Positions 9,360 to 19,639 of a stretch of 57,695 bases of DNA are shown piece after piece (within the stretch, counting starts at the first letter, position 1; the number at the start of each line of letters is the position of its first letter). Source of the stretch: an uncultured Oscillospiraceae bacterium (GTDB lineage Bacteria > Bacillota > Clostridia > Oscillospirales > Ruminococcaceae); the NCBI GenBank assembly GCA_964560915.1, contig CAZLMO010000001.1, positions 1 to 57,695 of the forward strand, written 5' to 3'. A model generated the notes under the pieces. That model was not told the DNA's origin. It was given only the letters and a program-made list of their open reading frames with translations, and searched no databases. The position numbers were made by a program, and so were the translations under genes.

Positions 9360-9668
9360 TTAGACCTACACGAGATCCTTGTTGATATTCTTGGAACCAA
9401 GGGAAAACCTATATCGCGTGTATATTTTCAACCCCCATCTACGATAAAACTTGAATACCCGTGTATTATCTATAAGCGTTCCAATCATAAAGATTTCTTT
9501 TCGAACGATCGCAAATATATAGGTATGAAAGAGTATTTAATTACTGTCGTAGATAAAAATCCGGATTCCTTAATTCCCGATAAAGTGCTAGAATTACCAT
9601 ATTGTTCTTTTTCTACGAACTTTACAATGGATGGTCTTAATCACGATGTGTACAAAATTTATTATTAA
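9360..9668 (+). CDS. putative tail-terminator / head-tail module protein (start unresolved)
   Basis: Open frame with a phage-typical pattern (RVYFQPPSTIKLEYPCIIYKR...YLITVVDKNPDS). There is no ATG/GTG/TTG between the upstream stop (9356-9358) and codon 9531. The only upstream ATGs (9135-9234) would overlap gene 9038-9358 by at least 125 nt. Coordinates begin at the first codon after the upstream stop. Confidence 0.4.
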   Translation, partial: LDLHEILVDILGTKGKPISRVYFQPPSTIKLEYPCIIYKRSNHKDFFSNDRKYIGMKEYLITVVDKNPDSLIPDKVLELPYCSFSTNFTMDGLNHDVYKIYY

Positions 9669-9683
9669 AAAAGGAGAATAACA

Positions 9684-10370
9684 ATGAGTAAATTAGTTTG
9701 GGATGCGGTTGGAGAAAGAATCGGCGAGACCGGCGTTAAAAACGCAGTTCTATATCCTATTGTTGGCGGTGTCTATGGCACTGGAGTAGCTTGGAATGGT
9801 CTAACTTCTGTTGGCGAAGCACCAACCGGTGCCGAAGCAACTCCCTTTTATGCCGATAATCAAAAATACCTTGAGTTTATGTCTGCAGAAGAATTTGCTG
9901 GAACCATTGGGTGTTATACCTATCCAGATGCATTTAAAGCCGCTATCGGCGAGGCAGATTTGATCGCTGGCGTTGTTGTTACACAACAAAACCACGATAA
10001 ATTTGGTTTGTGTTACCGTACCGAAGTTGTTAACGATACAAACGGCATGGAGCACGGATTCAAACTTCATCTTGTTTACGGTGCGCTTGCTGGCGTTTCT
10101 GCTCGCGATCACGCAACCATGAACGAGACCCCAGAGCTTGAAGAAATGAGCTTTGACTTTACTGCAACCAAAGTTGCTGTTACCGGCAAAAAGCCTACTG
10201 CACATTTGATCATTGATAGTACCAAGATTCCTGTTGGCTCCGCTGCTAAACTTCAATCTGTACTTGATATTCTTTATGGGCTGGACGCTTCTGTAGATCC
10301 GGTAGTAGCGGCCATTGAGCCTAGACTTTTGTTGCCGGATGAAATCTATGCCATTTTTAATGCCGCTTAA
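9684..10370 (+). CDS. major tail protein
   Basis: RBS AAGGAGA. 228 aa. The pattern WNGLTSVGEAPTGAEATPFYADNQKYLEFMSAEEF is typical of siphovirus major tail proteins. A strong terminator follows. Confidence 0.65.
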   Translation: MSKLVWDAVGERIGETGVKNAVLYPIVGGVYGTGVAWNGLTSVGEAPTGAEATPFYADNQKYLEFMSAEEFAGTIGCYTYPDAFKAAIGEADLIAGVVVTQQNHDKFGLCYRTEVVNDTNGMEHGFKLHLVYGALAGVSARDHATMNETPELEEMSFDFTATKVAVTGKKPTAHLIIDSTKIPVGSAAKLQSVLDILYGLDASVDPVVAAIEPRLLLPDEIYAIFNAA

Positions 10371-10392
10371 AAGTAAGAATAAATGAAATATA

Positions 10393-10441
10393 TTACCCGG
10401 GGTTCTACTAGTTGATGCACTAGTATCCCCGGGTAATTTTT
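10393..10441 (+). terminator. rho-independent terminator after major tail gene
   Basis: 10-bp GC-rich stem TTACCCGGGG / CCCCGGGTAA with a nested stem TACTAGT / ACTAGTA, followed by T5. Confidence 0.8.
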
Positions 10442-10471
10442 AATACCTGGGAAAGAAGGAGAATGCATACT

Positions 10472-10888
10472 ATGCTTAAAAAATCTGTCAACTACACAAA
10501 CTATGATGATCAGCCGGCGGTAATGACTTGTTATTTTAATCTAAATAAGTTTGAATGGTTAGAACTTGAGGCGTATACCAAAGGTGGCCTTATTGAAAAC
10601 CTTCGGAATGCGTTGGAAACAAATAACCTCAAAAAGGTTATCGATATTCTGAAAAAGATCATTCTTACGTCTTATGGCGAGAAAAATCCAGAAACCGGAA
10701 TTTTTGAAAAGAGCGATGAAATTGCCATTCGGTTTAGCAGAACAGAGGCTTTTAGTGAACTCTTTTTAGAATTAGCATATGATGAAGAGAAATCCCAAGA
10801 GTTCTTCTTAGCGCTTATTCCTGCCGAAATGCGAGACAAAGCATTAGCTGAGTTAGCCAAAACGAAACCTGTAAGACTCCAGGAATAG
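10472..10888 (+). CDS. putative tail assembly chaperone
   Basis: The second ATG has proper spacing to GAAGGAGA; the track start at 10463 abuts the RBS. Acidic 138-aa protein between the major tail and tape measure genes. Confidence 0.4.
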   Translation: MLKKSVNYTNYDDQPAVMTCYFNLNKFEWLELEAYTKGGLIENLRNALETNNLKKVIDILKKIILTSYGEKNPETGIFEKSDEIAIRFSRTEAFSELFLELAYDEEKSQEFFLALIPAEMRDKALAELAKTKPVRLQE

Positions 10889-10900
10889 GAGAGATTTTAA

Positions 10901-11446
10901 ATGCTCGAGATACGTGTTCCTGCGAGTGAAGTATATCAAGCGTGGAATAATACATTTATTAACGTCCAATCTTGCGTGCTAACACTCGAGCATTCTTTAA
11001 TCTCGGTAGCAAAATGGGAAGCTAAATGGCATATTCCATACTTGAACGCGAGAAAAAAAACCACTGCGCAAGATTTGGATTATATTCGCTGCATGGTTAT
11101 TGGACCTGTGAAGGACGATGCTATATTTGCAGCACTTTCTTCAGAAAATATCGCGGATATTCGAAAATATATTGATGACACAATGACCGCGACAACCTTC
11201 TCAGAAAGTTTAAATACCAAAAAACACTCCAAAGAAGTAGTCACAGCAGAGATTCTTTATCATCGAATGTTTACAAATAATATTCCTATGGAGTGTCAAA
11301 AATGGCATTTAAATCGTTTACTTACATTAATACGGGTGTGCGATACAAAGAATTCACCGCCTTCAAAAATGAATAAGAAACAAACAGCGTCGCATTATGC
11401 AGAACAAAATGCGCTTCGGCGAGCGAAGTATAATACCAAAGGATAA
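10901..11446 (+). CDS. hypothetical tail-module protein (possible second chaperone)
   Basis: RBS TAGGAGAG. 181 aa with a basic C-terminus. Lies upstream of the tape measure gene. Confidence 0.3.
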   Translation: MLEIRVPASEVYQAWNNTFINVQSCVLTLEHSLISVAKWEAKWHIPYLNARKKTTAQDLDYIRCMVIGPVKDDAIFAALSSENIADIRKYIDDTMTATTFSESLNTKKHSKEVVTAEILYHRMFTNNIPMECQKWHLNRLLTLIRVCDTKNSPPSKMNKKQTASHYAEQNALRRAKYNTKG

Positions 11447-11486
11447 TCTTAGTCTATAAATTTTAAAATAAGGAGATACGATAGGC

Positions 11487-11858
11487 ATGATTAAAATGAC
11501 TCAACGTGGGTCCTTTAGGAATGCCGAACGGTTCTTCGATAATAGCAAAGATCTCAATCGTAGGCTTAGAACCGCGTTCGAGAGATATGGCTCTCAGGGA
11601 GTCGAAGCGCTTCGATCGGCAACCCCAACAAATAGTGGGCTAACTGCCAATAGCTGGTCCTATACCATTGAGGACTGGGGAATTGGTTTTAACAATTCGA
11701 ACATCCAAAACGGCTACTCTGTTGCACTATTAATTCAATATGGACACGCCACACGCAATGGCGGATATGTCGAAGGTATTGACTTTATTAATCCTGCCCT
11801 TCGTCCTATATTTGAAAAAATTGCAACAGAGTGCTGGAAGGAGGTTCGTAGTCTATGA
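11487..11858 (+). CDS. HK97 gp10-like tail/neck component
   Basis: VALLIQYGHATRNGGYVEGIDFINPAL matches the gp10-family signature (eyGh...g..v.g..f). Position directly before the tape measure gene is unusual. Confidence 0.5.
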   Translation: MIKMTQRGSFRNAERFFDNSKDLNRRLRTAFERYGSQGVEALRSATPTNSGLTANSWSYTIEDWGIGFNNSNIQNGYSVALLIQYGHATRNGGYVEGIDFINPALRPIFEKIATECWKEVRSL

Positions 11859-14800
11859 GCGACAAAATTGATCAAAGAATAGTGGAAATGTCCTTTGAAA
11901 ATCAAAAGTTTGAGAAGGGTATTTCGCAATCTAAAAATAGTTTGAAAGAATTTGCCAACGCTTTGCAAAATTCAGACTTAAATAAAGGTTTTAATGGTCT
12001 TGAGCAATCCGTTGGTGCAGTGTCGAACTCCTTTTCTATATTAGAGCAAATAGGCATAGGTGCTTTACGACGACTTGGCGAAACAGCAATGAACACTGGA
12101 ATGAATATGATTAAAAGTTTATCTGTTGATCAGCTTTCCGCCGGGTGGACTAAATATGCTCAAAAAACAGCATCTGTTCAAACGATAATGAACGCAACCG
12201 GGAAGAGTGTATCTCAGGTTAACGATTATTTAGATCGTTTAATGTGGTACTCAGACGAAACGAGTTACGGATTTACCGATATGACACAAGCGCTTGGACA
12301 AATGACCTCGGCTGGTGGTAATATCGATAAATTAATCCCAATGATTACGGGTGTCGCTACTGCGACCGCATATGCAGGTAAAAGCGCCACCGAATTTAGC
12401 CGAGTAATGTATAATTTAAACCAATCATATGGTAGGGGCTACCTTGAGTTTAGGGATTGGTCAAGTGTAGAACAAGCGGGTGTAGGCGGACAAGCTCTTA
12501 AACAAGTATTTATCGATACTGGCAAAGCTCTTGGTAAACTCAATGCCGAAGGACGTACTGCTCAAGGCACTCTTGTTAATATTGGCACCTTTGGTACTAC
12601 TCTGCAAGATAAATGGGCCAATACTGCTGTTATGGAAGCCGCCTTTAGTAAATTCTCTGAACTTTCTGAAGCCGCATATAAACTTGTTAAAGATGGAACA
12701 TATGAAACCGCGGGGGAGGCAATGGAATTTCTTGCGGGAAAATATTCCGAAGTTGCCGAGAAAGGTTTTAATTCTGCTCAAAAAGCCAAAACATTTAGCG
12801 AAGCTATCATTGCAACAATGGATGCGGTTAGTAGTGGCTGGATGCGCACATACGAAATCATATTTGGATACTTTGATGAAGCAACGGTCAATTTTACAAA
12901 TCTTTCAAAGGTTCTGTGGCAGGTATTTGCTAGTGGAGCAAAAGAACGAAATGACATGCTTGCTTGGTTAAAAGAATTTGGAGGAGTTGCTAATATTTTT
13001 GGGGGCCTTAAAGACATTCTAATCGGCCTTCTTAATGTTGTACTTCCAATTTCTAAAGCGATTGATCAAATCTTTCCTCCTCGAACGAAAGAGCAGTGGC
13101 TAGCTATAACCAAATCGTTTAAAAGTTTTACTGAAACTTTGATCATTGGAGAAGAAACTGGAGATAAAATTCGACGTACTTTTGCTGGTCTATTTTCTGT
13201 TATTGATCTTGGGATACAAATAGTAAAATTCTTAGGCTCTGCCGCTTTTGATGTTATTAAAATTTTTATTCCCTTAGGAGATGGCGTCCTTGGAGTTACT
13301 GCGTCCATCGGTGACTTCTTGTTCAACGTCACAAGAGCCATTAAATCAACGGGGCTTTTTCAATATGCATTACTTGCGATTAAAGTTGGAGCAGTCGTTC
13401 TTCGAGAAAATATTATACGACTAGCTGATTCTGTGTCTGGGTTTATTACTGGATTATGGAACGCTGAAGATCCTTTTGAATATATTCGTAAGACAGGTAT
13501 TCAAATCTTTACCGATCTTCTTACAAGAATCAAAATGGTAACGAATTGGCTCTCTGTTAATTTAACAAAGGCGGTTCAAAATTTTACCGGTCTTTTTGAT
13601 TGGAAAGCTATTGGGGAAAATATTAATGTTTTGCCCACAATAGTTGCTATTTTAAAAGATGCAGTAGAATTTATTGGTGGCAAAGCCGTTAAAGGTTTTA
13701 AAGACTTTAGTGATGCGGTTGACAATATTGATTTTAGCAAAATTGCGACATTTGTCGTTGGTGGCGTGTTATTGATATTTTTTAAACAACTTTCTGACCT
13801 AACCGGGGCAATGACGAGCTTTACTCTTTCTGTTACCGGCGCAATCAATGGGTTTACTAAAAAATTTGTCGGACCTAAGACAACAACGTTGGTTCGTGAT
13901 ATGGCTTTTGCTTTTGGTGTACTTTCGGCAAGTCTGTGGGTTTTATCTCGTATTCCGGCCGAAGATCTTAATCGTAGTTTTGTTACAATGGCCAAAGGTG
14001 TTGCAGTGTTTGTTACGGCATATGGCTTACTTCAAGGAATTCAAGTTGCTGCTTCTAATCTTACAAAAAACAAAGATATGGCAACATCGGCGTTCGGACT
14101 TACCGGAATTGCGGCATCCTTATTAATTATGTCTTTTGCCGTTAAAAACATTGGTCAAATTGACGAAGCCCGTATTTGGGATGCGACAATGGCCCTAGGT
14201 GCACTCCTTGGGTTTATGACTACATATCAGATATTATCTGCATATATTAGTAAAATTCCAAACCAACAAAAAGTTACAATGAACCTTACTGGCATGTCGA
14301 TGTCCATTTTAACACTTGTCGGCGCCTTAGTTCTTCTTGATAAAGTTAGCTTTAACGACCTTCAAATCAGTCTTGCTAAAATGGCATCGATTTTGGCCGT
14401 TATTGGTAGTTTTCAACTTCTTCTCGGGGCTACAGCTCGACTTGGAGGAGGTAAGTCGGCTTCAACGAGCATTCTTGGAGTGGCTGGCGGAATTGTAGCA
14501 ATGATTGCGGTTTTAAAGCTTCTTGCTTTTATGGATCCTCAGATAATTACACAAAGTATTGCTAATTTAGGACTTATGGTTCTCCTTCTTGCAGGAATAG
14601 AAATTATAATGGGGGCTGCTGGCCGTTTGGGCGGGGGTAAGAAATTTAATACTGACATCTTTGGAGCCCAACTTGGCTTACTTTCCTTGACGGCATTGAT
14701 TGTAGTTCTAGGTGCAATAAATCAAGAAACTATTGATCGTGGAATTATCAGCCTTGCTAAAATGGCAGGTATTCTTGGTGGAATTCAAATAATGACAGCA

Positions 14801-17800
14801 GGTGCTGCTCGTCTTGCTAAAGGAGAAAAAACTCAAAAAATTCTTGGGGCAGTAACTCTATCCATACTTACATTTACAGCAAGTATTGCGGTACTTGGTA
14901 ACGTTCCCCAAGTAGTTATCGATAAAGGTTTCTTAACCCTAACCAAACTTATTGGGTTAATTGGCGCTATTCAAATAATGACCGTCGTTGCTGCACATAT
15001 CGGTGGTGGAAAGTCCACATTTACATCGCTTCTTGGCATCACTGCTTCTATTGTTGCTCTTACGGGTTCGCTTATATTGTTAAGTATGATTGATCAGGTG
15101 GCTTTACGCGAATCCATTAAATCTTTAGCCATTGCTTCTACAGCAATTGCGGCACTTGGGTTTGCAATAAGTCAAATTTCGGGAGCTATGAATCTCGTAT
15201 CAAAAGGATATAGTGGATCTAGTGGATTTCTTGCTAAAGTTAAACAATTTGGAGTGACGCTTCTTGCCATTGGAGGGACGCTTCTTGCCGTTGGTGCTCT
15301 TCTTGGCACAACCGTTGCATTCTTTGGTATTTTATCTTTCTTATCGAAAGATATTGATAATATAAGTTGGGAAAGCCTTACTAAATTTACGGCCGGAATA
15401 GCCATTGTAAGTACTCTTATGACGGCCATGGCTTTATTAGCAAAACCACTTTCTCTGGTTGGAGCACTTGGTAAAAATATGTTTTCTGGAGTATTGGTGT
15501 CACTAGGGGCACTAGCACTTGTTGTTATTGGTACGGCCGGCCTCGCTCAGTTATTGAGTTTACTAATTGTGGACGCAACGATACTCACAAGAGGTCTCGA
15601 TCTTCTCGTTCAAGTTGGAGATGGAATTGGCCGCTTTATTGGCTCGGCAATGGGCGGAATTGCGGGAGGAACGCTTGAATCGATTGGTGGAAGTCTCGCA
15701 GCCTTTGTTCAATTACTCGATGGATTCTCTCCTGAATCATTACAGGGCATAAAAGCGCTTGCAGAAGCAATACTTATTATTACTCAATCTTCGATCTTAA
15801 CGGGAATTGCTGGTTTTGTAACCGGTACCAATTCAATGGATATATTCGCCAAACAACTTACTCAATTAGTAAAAGCCATTAAAGTTGTTTCGAGTACTGA
15901 TGTTCATATTGCTTCTATGAGATTGGCAGATATGGTACCGATGGCCACAAATTTAAAAATCTTTGCGGAAGCGGCGAAAGGAATCCCAAATAGCGGAGGT
16001 TTTGTTGGTGGCTTTATGGGTAATAATAACATCGACACCTTTGGTGTTATGCTTACTAAATTTGTTGCCGCCTTTGGATTTACCACCCCTATCCAAGTAA
16101 CTCGTGCCACAGAAGTTCTCGATGCTATGACCCCAATGGCTGCAAATCTAAAGATATTTGCTGAGGCAGCACAAGGTATTCCGAATAGTGGCGGATTCAT
16201 GGGCCGATTCTTGGGAGAGAACAACATAGACACCTTTGGAACTATGCTTTCAGGGTTTGTTGAAACACTCGGCATGGTCCCATCTGCTCTTGCGGTTAGA
16301 GCATCTGAAACGCTTGCTGCTATGAAACCAATGGCGGATAATCTTAAGTTGTTTGCAAAAGCTGCTCAAGAAATTCCAAATACTGGAGGCGCGTTAAGTG
16401 CCTTCTTTGGTACAATTGATCTGGCGACGTTTTCTTCTCAGGTGCAGGGCCTTACGGAGTTATTTGGAACAATCGATCAAACCAAACTTGCTAACGCAAC
16501 GTCATCGCTTTCCCTGATGAGCACATCAATGCTACCGGCTCTTATTTTATTTTCTGAATTTACCAATACTTTGAAAGCCTCCGGTGGATTGGCACAATTA
16601 TTTTCAGGAAATACAACTCTTTCTGAGTTTGCTATAGATCTGCGGTTATTTATTGACCAACTACATGCTATTGATTTTACTATTGTAGGGCCAGCAATGG
16701 ACGCATTAAGTCGAATCACAACTGCTTTCGAAACTGTTGGTGCCACCGTTCTTGCAAACGCCAAGGCCTCTTTTGATAATAATAGAAAGCCCTTCCAAAC
16801 ATCAATTGCTACAATTCTTCATGAACCAATTAGACAACTTGAAGGACAAAAAAATACACTTGCGCTAACAATTGGTACCATTTTTAAAGCCGTGTTAGCC
16901 AGTGGCGATCCATACATAAATGATTTCCGAATTCTTGGTGGAAATCTTATTTCAGGATTGAAGTTTGGTATTGAAACTGGTAAAACAGGAGCCGTTAAAT
17001 CCATAGAAACTGTTATGAATGCCGTTGTAGAAGCCGCAAATGAGGTGGTTGATACAGGGTCTCCGAGTCGTTTATTCGCAACAATTGGTGGTTGGTGCAC
17101 CAAAGGGTTGGCCGTTGGCATTAGTAAAAACACAAATATTGCTGCCAAGGCCGGTTCTAACTTAGCAACAGCAGTTGAAGATTCTATCCGCAATGGGTTG
17201 GATATCCATTCTATAAGCCCTAAACTTAGGGATGACGTTGGGGCAATGGTTCCCAAATCACTTGTTGCTGGGTGGGAAGGCTTGAAAGGATGGATGAACA
17301 ACTCGGCGGAACAGCTTGGAATAGACGCAGGCACTATTACAATGGAAGGCGTTGTCTCCGCAGTAGCTAATAATACTGGTGGTATCACTACCGGCGTCAC
17401 TGGTCTTCTGGATATTTTAACGGACACGACTCGCCCTCCAGCAGAAAAAGCCGGTGAAGATATTGGCAATTCGTTAACTGAAGGGTTCGGAAATGCGATA
17501 ACGAACGATGCCACAGGAATCAAACAAGTTGTAAAAACCGAACTCGATAAGCTTAAAGCACTTATTGAAGAGCGACAATTCTATGGAACCATTACACTTG
17601 ATGAAGAACTCTCAATGCTTCAAACGCTTCGGTTATCTTATATCGAAGGTTCCGAAGAACGAAAACAAATCGATCGTGAAATCTATTCTCGACTAAAGAC
17701 AATCAATGATGCGCAACTTGCATATATTAACGGAGTTGCTAAAGCGCAAAGCGATGCGGCCGAAGCACAGTCAAAACTTAATTCCGATCGTTTTAAAGCT

Positions 17801-19624
17801 TCCAAAGTTGCAAATGCAGACGCGGTTAAAGCACATAAGGATCTCTGGGAAAAATATGAAGAAGATGTGGCTGATGCCAAGGCAGATGCAAAGGAAAAAG
17901 CAGAACGCGAAGAAAAAAGACATGCTGATAATTTGGCTCGAATTGCGGAGGACGCAGAGAGAGACCGAATAAGTATTCGTGAACGATATGCTTCTGATCA
18001 AATGGCCATTAATGATCGTCTATTGGCCGACATTGATGCTAAAAACCAAGCGTATGAACAAGCCGTTAAATCTCGTACAAGTGCCATTTTTGGTTCGTAT
18101 GATTTGTTCGCTGTAGTTCCACATGACGTTGCTCTTACTGGAACTGGACTTTTAACAAAGTTGCAAGATCAAGTTGCTGCGGTTAGTGATTGGAAAACGT
18201 CGCTTAACGCGCTTGAAAACCGAGGCATTAGCACCGCTCTAATGGAAGAGCTTCAAGCCATGGGCCCTTCTGCAAAATCTCAAATTAAAGCCCTTCTCAC
18301 TCTTACAGATGAGCAATTAACAGAATATGATAGTTTGTTTGAGACCAAATTTGTACTTGCTAATACTATTGCTGTGGACGAGTTGGAAGGATTAAAGACC
18401 GAAACAGCTTTGGCAATACAGAGCCTCAATGCTCAAGCCGCTAATGATCTCGTTGGGTTGGAGGCAGCATTTCTTGATTCTTTAAATAGTATCGATGCAA
18501 ATCTACAGTTGGATATGGATAAATTAAACACCACCCACAATGAGGCGATGACTGTAATTGAGAACGACCTTAAAACACAACTTGGTAAACTAGTAACTGC
18601 ATGGAAAGTTGCAGATGATAAAGTTAATACCAATTTGGCAGAAGATCTTGCTGCTCTCGATGTAACCTTTAATGAATCCATGACTACGATCAATGGCGAT
18701 TTGAAAACAAAACTGGGAGAGTTAGAAACTGCATTTACAGGAACGATGAAAACGATTACGGGATTAACTGAAGCCGAACTAAACGCCTTAATTGCAGACA
18801 ATCGGGTTAAACTTACTCAATTAAACTTAGATACTGAATCAAAATTAAACGTTGTTGCGAAGACGTACGAAAAGGGTGGCGCTAAAGCAACAACGTCTTT
18901 CGATACGTCTCTTAATAACTTAATTCCCAATACCCAATCTACTCTTGGAGATTTAATGACAACGGTTAATGCCGCGTTTACAGCAGCTATTCCAGATTTT
19001 GAAACTGCTGGTCGTAATGTTGCTGCCGGGTTTGCTGATGGTATTCGCAATGGAACTTATTTAGCAATTGCCGCAGCCGAAGAGCTTGCTAGCTCGGCAG
19101 CCTCAGCTGCTAAGAAGGCGCTCGACGAACGGTCTCCTAGTAAAATCTTTGAAGGTATTGGTAGATTTGTTAGTATGGGTTTTGCAGATGGAATCTCGGA
19201 CTATGCGTATTATGCTGAAAAGGCTGCTCAAGAGATGGCACAAGGACCTCTTGCTGCGGTTTCACAAGTCTTATCCGATATGGAGGACTCAGAGGATTGG
19301 ACATTTACCATTACCCCAGTGATTGATCTAAGCGCGATTCGACCTAAAACCATACCCCAACTCTTCACTGCACCAGTTCACCTCGGCGCAACCTCAAGTA
19401 AACTTGCAGTTGAAACAATTCAAAATGGAAATAGAAAAGCACTCCAACAATCAGAGCATGCAACGAAGGAGGATCTTGTCGAACTTCGAAATTCACTGCA
19501 ACCCCGAAATCAGAAGCCGGGTATTACCCAAAATCTAACTATTAATAGTCCAAAAGCTTTAAGTCCTGCAGAAACCGCACGACAAAATCGACGCGTCTTA
19601 CAAGAGTTGGCATTAGAGTATTAA
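11855..19624 (+). CDS. tail tape measure protein (2589 aa)
   Basis: Very long ORF after the chaperone-like genes. It has hydrophobic repeat blocks, long coiled-coil-like Ala/Glu/Lys stretches, and the TMP-typical motifs GSPSRLFATIGGW and ERSPSKIFEGIGRF. Confidence 0.85.
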   Translation: MSDKIDQRIVEMSFENQKFEKGISQSKNSLKEFANALQNSDLNKGFNGLEQSVGAVSNSFSILEQIGIGALRRLGETAMNTGMNMIKSLSVDQLSAGWTKYAQKTASVQTIMNATGKSVSQVNDYLDRLMWYSDETSYGFTDMTQALGQMTSAGGNIDKLIPMITGVATATAYAGKSATEFSRVMYNLNQSYGRGYLEFRDWSSVEQAGVGGQALKQVFIDTGKALGKLNAEGRTAQGTLVNIGTFGTTLQDKWANTAVMEAAFSKFSELSEAAYKLVKDGTYETAGEAMEFLAGKYSEVAEKGFNSAQKAKTFSEAIIATMDAVSSGWMRTYEIIFGYFDEATVNFTNLSKVLWQVFASGAKERNDMLAWLKEFGGVANIFGGLKDILIGLLNVVLPISKAIDQIFPPRTKEQWLAITKSFKSFTETLIIGEETGDKIRRTFAGLFSVIDLGIQIVKFLGSAAFDVIKIFIPLGDGVLGVTASIGDFLFNVTRAIKSTGLFQYALLAIKVGAVVLRENIIRLADSVSGFITGLWNAEDPFEYIRKTGIQIFTDLLTRIKMVTNWLSVNLTKAVQNFTGLFDWKAIGENINVLPTIVAILKDAVEFIGGKAVKGFKDFSDAVDNIDFSKIATFVVGGVLLIFFKQLSDLTGAMTSFTLSVTGAINGFTKKFVGPKTTTLVRDMAFAFGVLSASLWVLSRIPAEDLNRSFVTMAKGVAVFVTAYGLLQGIQVAASNLTKNKDMATSAFGLTGIAASLLIMSFAVKNIGQIDEARIWDATMALGALLGFMTTYQILSAYISKIPNQQKVTMNLTGMSMSILTLVGALVLLDKVSFNDLQISLAKMASILAVIGSFQLLLGATARLGGGKSASTSILGVAGGIVAMIAVLKLLAFMDPQIITQSIANLGLMVLLLAGIEIIMGAAGRLGGGKKFNTDIFGAQLGLLSLTALIVVLGAINQETIDRGIISLAKMAGILGGIQIMTAGAARLAKGEKTQKILGAVTLSILTFTASIAVLGNVPQVVIDKGFLTLTKLIGLIGAIQIMTVVAAHIGGGKSTFTSLLGITASIVALTGSLILLSMIDQVALRESIKSLAIASTAIAALGFAISQISGAMNLVSKGYSGSSGFLAKVKQFGVTLLAIGGTLLAVGALLGTTVAFFGILSFLSKDIDNISWESLTKFTAGIAIVSTLMTAMALLAKPLSLVGALGKNMFSGVLVSLGALALVVIGTAGLAQLLSLLIVDATILTRGLDLLVQVGDGIGRFIGSAMGGIAGGTLESIGGSLAAFVQLLDGFSPESLQGIKALAEAILIITQSSILTGIAGFVTGTNSMDIFAKQLTQLVKAIKVVSSTDVHIASMRLADMVPMATNLKIFAEAAKGIPNSGGFVGGFMGNNNIDTFGVMLTKFVAAFGFTTPIQVTRATEVLDAMTPMAANLKIFAEAAQGIPNSGGFMGRFLGENNIDTFGTMLSGFVETLGMVPSALAVRASETLAAMKPMADNLKLFAKAAQEIPNTGGALSAFFGTIDLATFSSQVQGLTELFGTIDQTKLANATSSLSLMSTSMLPALILFSEFTNTLKASGGLAQLFSGNTTLSEFAIDLRLFIDQLHAIDFTIVGPAMDALSRITTAFETVGATVLANAKASFDNNRKPFQTSIATILHEPIRQLEGQKNTLALTIGTIFKAVLASGDPYINDFRILGGNLISGLKFGIETGKTGAVKSIETVMNAVVEAANEVVDTGSPSRLFATIGGWCTKGLAVGISKNTNIAAKAGSNLATAVEDSIRNGLDIHSISPKLRDDVGAMVPKSLVAGWEGLKGWMNNSAEQLGIDAGTITMEGVVSAVANNTGGITTGVTGLLDILTDTTRPPAEKAGEDIGNSLTEGFGNAITNDATGIKQVVKTELDKLKALIEERQFYGTITLDEELSMLQTLRLSYIEGSEERKQIDREIYSRLKTINDAQLAYINGVAKAQSDAAEAQSKLNSDRFKASKVANADAVKAHKDLWEKYEEDVADAKADAKEKAEREEKRHADNLARIAEDAERDRISIRERYASDQMAINDRLLADIDAKNQAYEQAVKSRTSAIFGSYDLFAVVPHDVALTGTGLLTKLQDQVAAVSDWKTSLNALENRGISTALMEELQAMGPSAKSQIKALLTLTDEQLTEYDSLFETKFVLANTIAVDELEGLKTETALAIQSLNAQAANDLVGLEAAFLDSLNSIDANLQLDMDKLNTTHNEAMTVIENDLKTQLGKLVTAWKVADDKVNTNLAEDLAALDVTFNESMTTINGDLKTKLGELETAFTGTMKTITGLTEAELNALIADNRVKLTQLNLDTESKLNVVAKTYEKGGAKATTSFDTSLNNLIPNTQSTLGDLMTTVNAAFTAAIPDFETAGRNVAAGFADGIRNGTYLAIAAAEELASSAASAAKKALDERSPSKIFEGIGRFVSMGFADGISDYAYYAEKAAQEMAQGPLAAVSQVLSDMEDSEDWTFTITPVIDLSAIRPKTIPQLFTAPVHLGATSSKLAVETIQNGNRKALQQSEHATKEDLVELRNSLQPRNQKPGITQNLTINSPKALSPAETARQNRRVLQELALEY
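14363..15140 (+). repeat. tape-measure internal repeat family A (about 4 units, ~62 aa each)
   Basis: Units of the form SLAKMAxILGxIQxxxGAAxRLGGGKxxxxxxLG followed by a hydrophobic helix (RLGGGKSAS, RLGGGKKFN, RLAKGEKTQ, HIGGGKSTF). Period is about 186-190 nt. Boundaries are approximate. Confidence 0.7.
15911..16665 (+). repeat. tape-measure internal repeat family B (3 clear units plus 1 degenerate, ~65 aa each)
   Basis: The three clear units are MVPMATNLKIFAEAAKGIPNSGGFVGGFMGNNNIDTFG, MTPMAANLKIFAEAAQGIPNSGGFMGRFLGENNIDTFG and MKPMADNLKLFAKAAQEIPNTGGALSAFFGTIDLATF. Boundaries are approximate. Confidence 0.75.
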
Positions 19625-19639
19625 AAGGAGCTGAGTTGG

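Noticed and set aside
16819-17523. Long minus-strand ORFs. Examples are 16819-17523 (234 aa), 24342-24806, 54612-55043, 7001-7411 and 7448-7888, plus all other minus-strand track entries.
   Set aside because: Each lies antisense inside a long, well-supported + strand gene. They have no RBS, and their products are low-complexity (Ser/Pro/Ala-rich) mirror translations. The whole genome reads as unidirectional.
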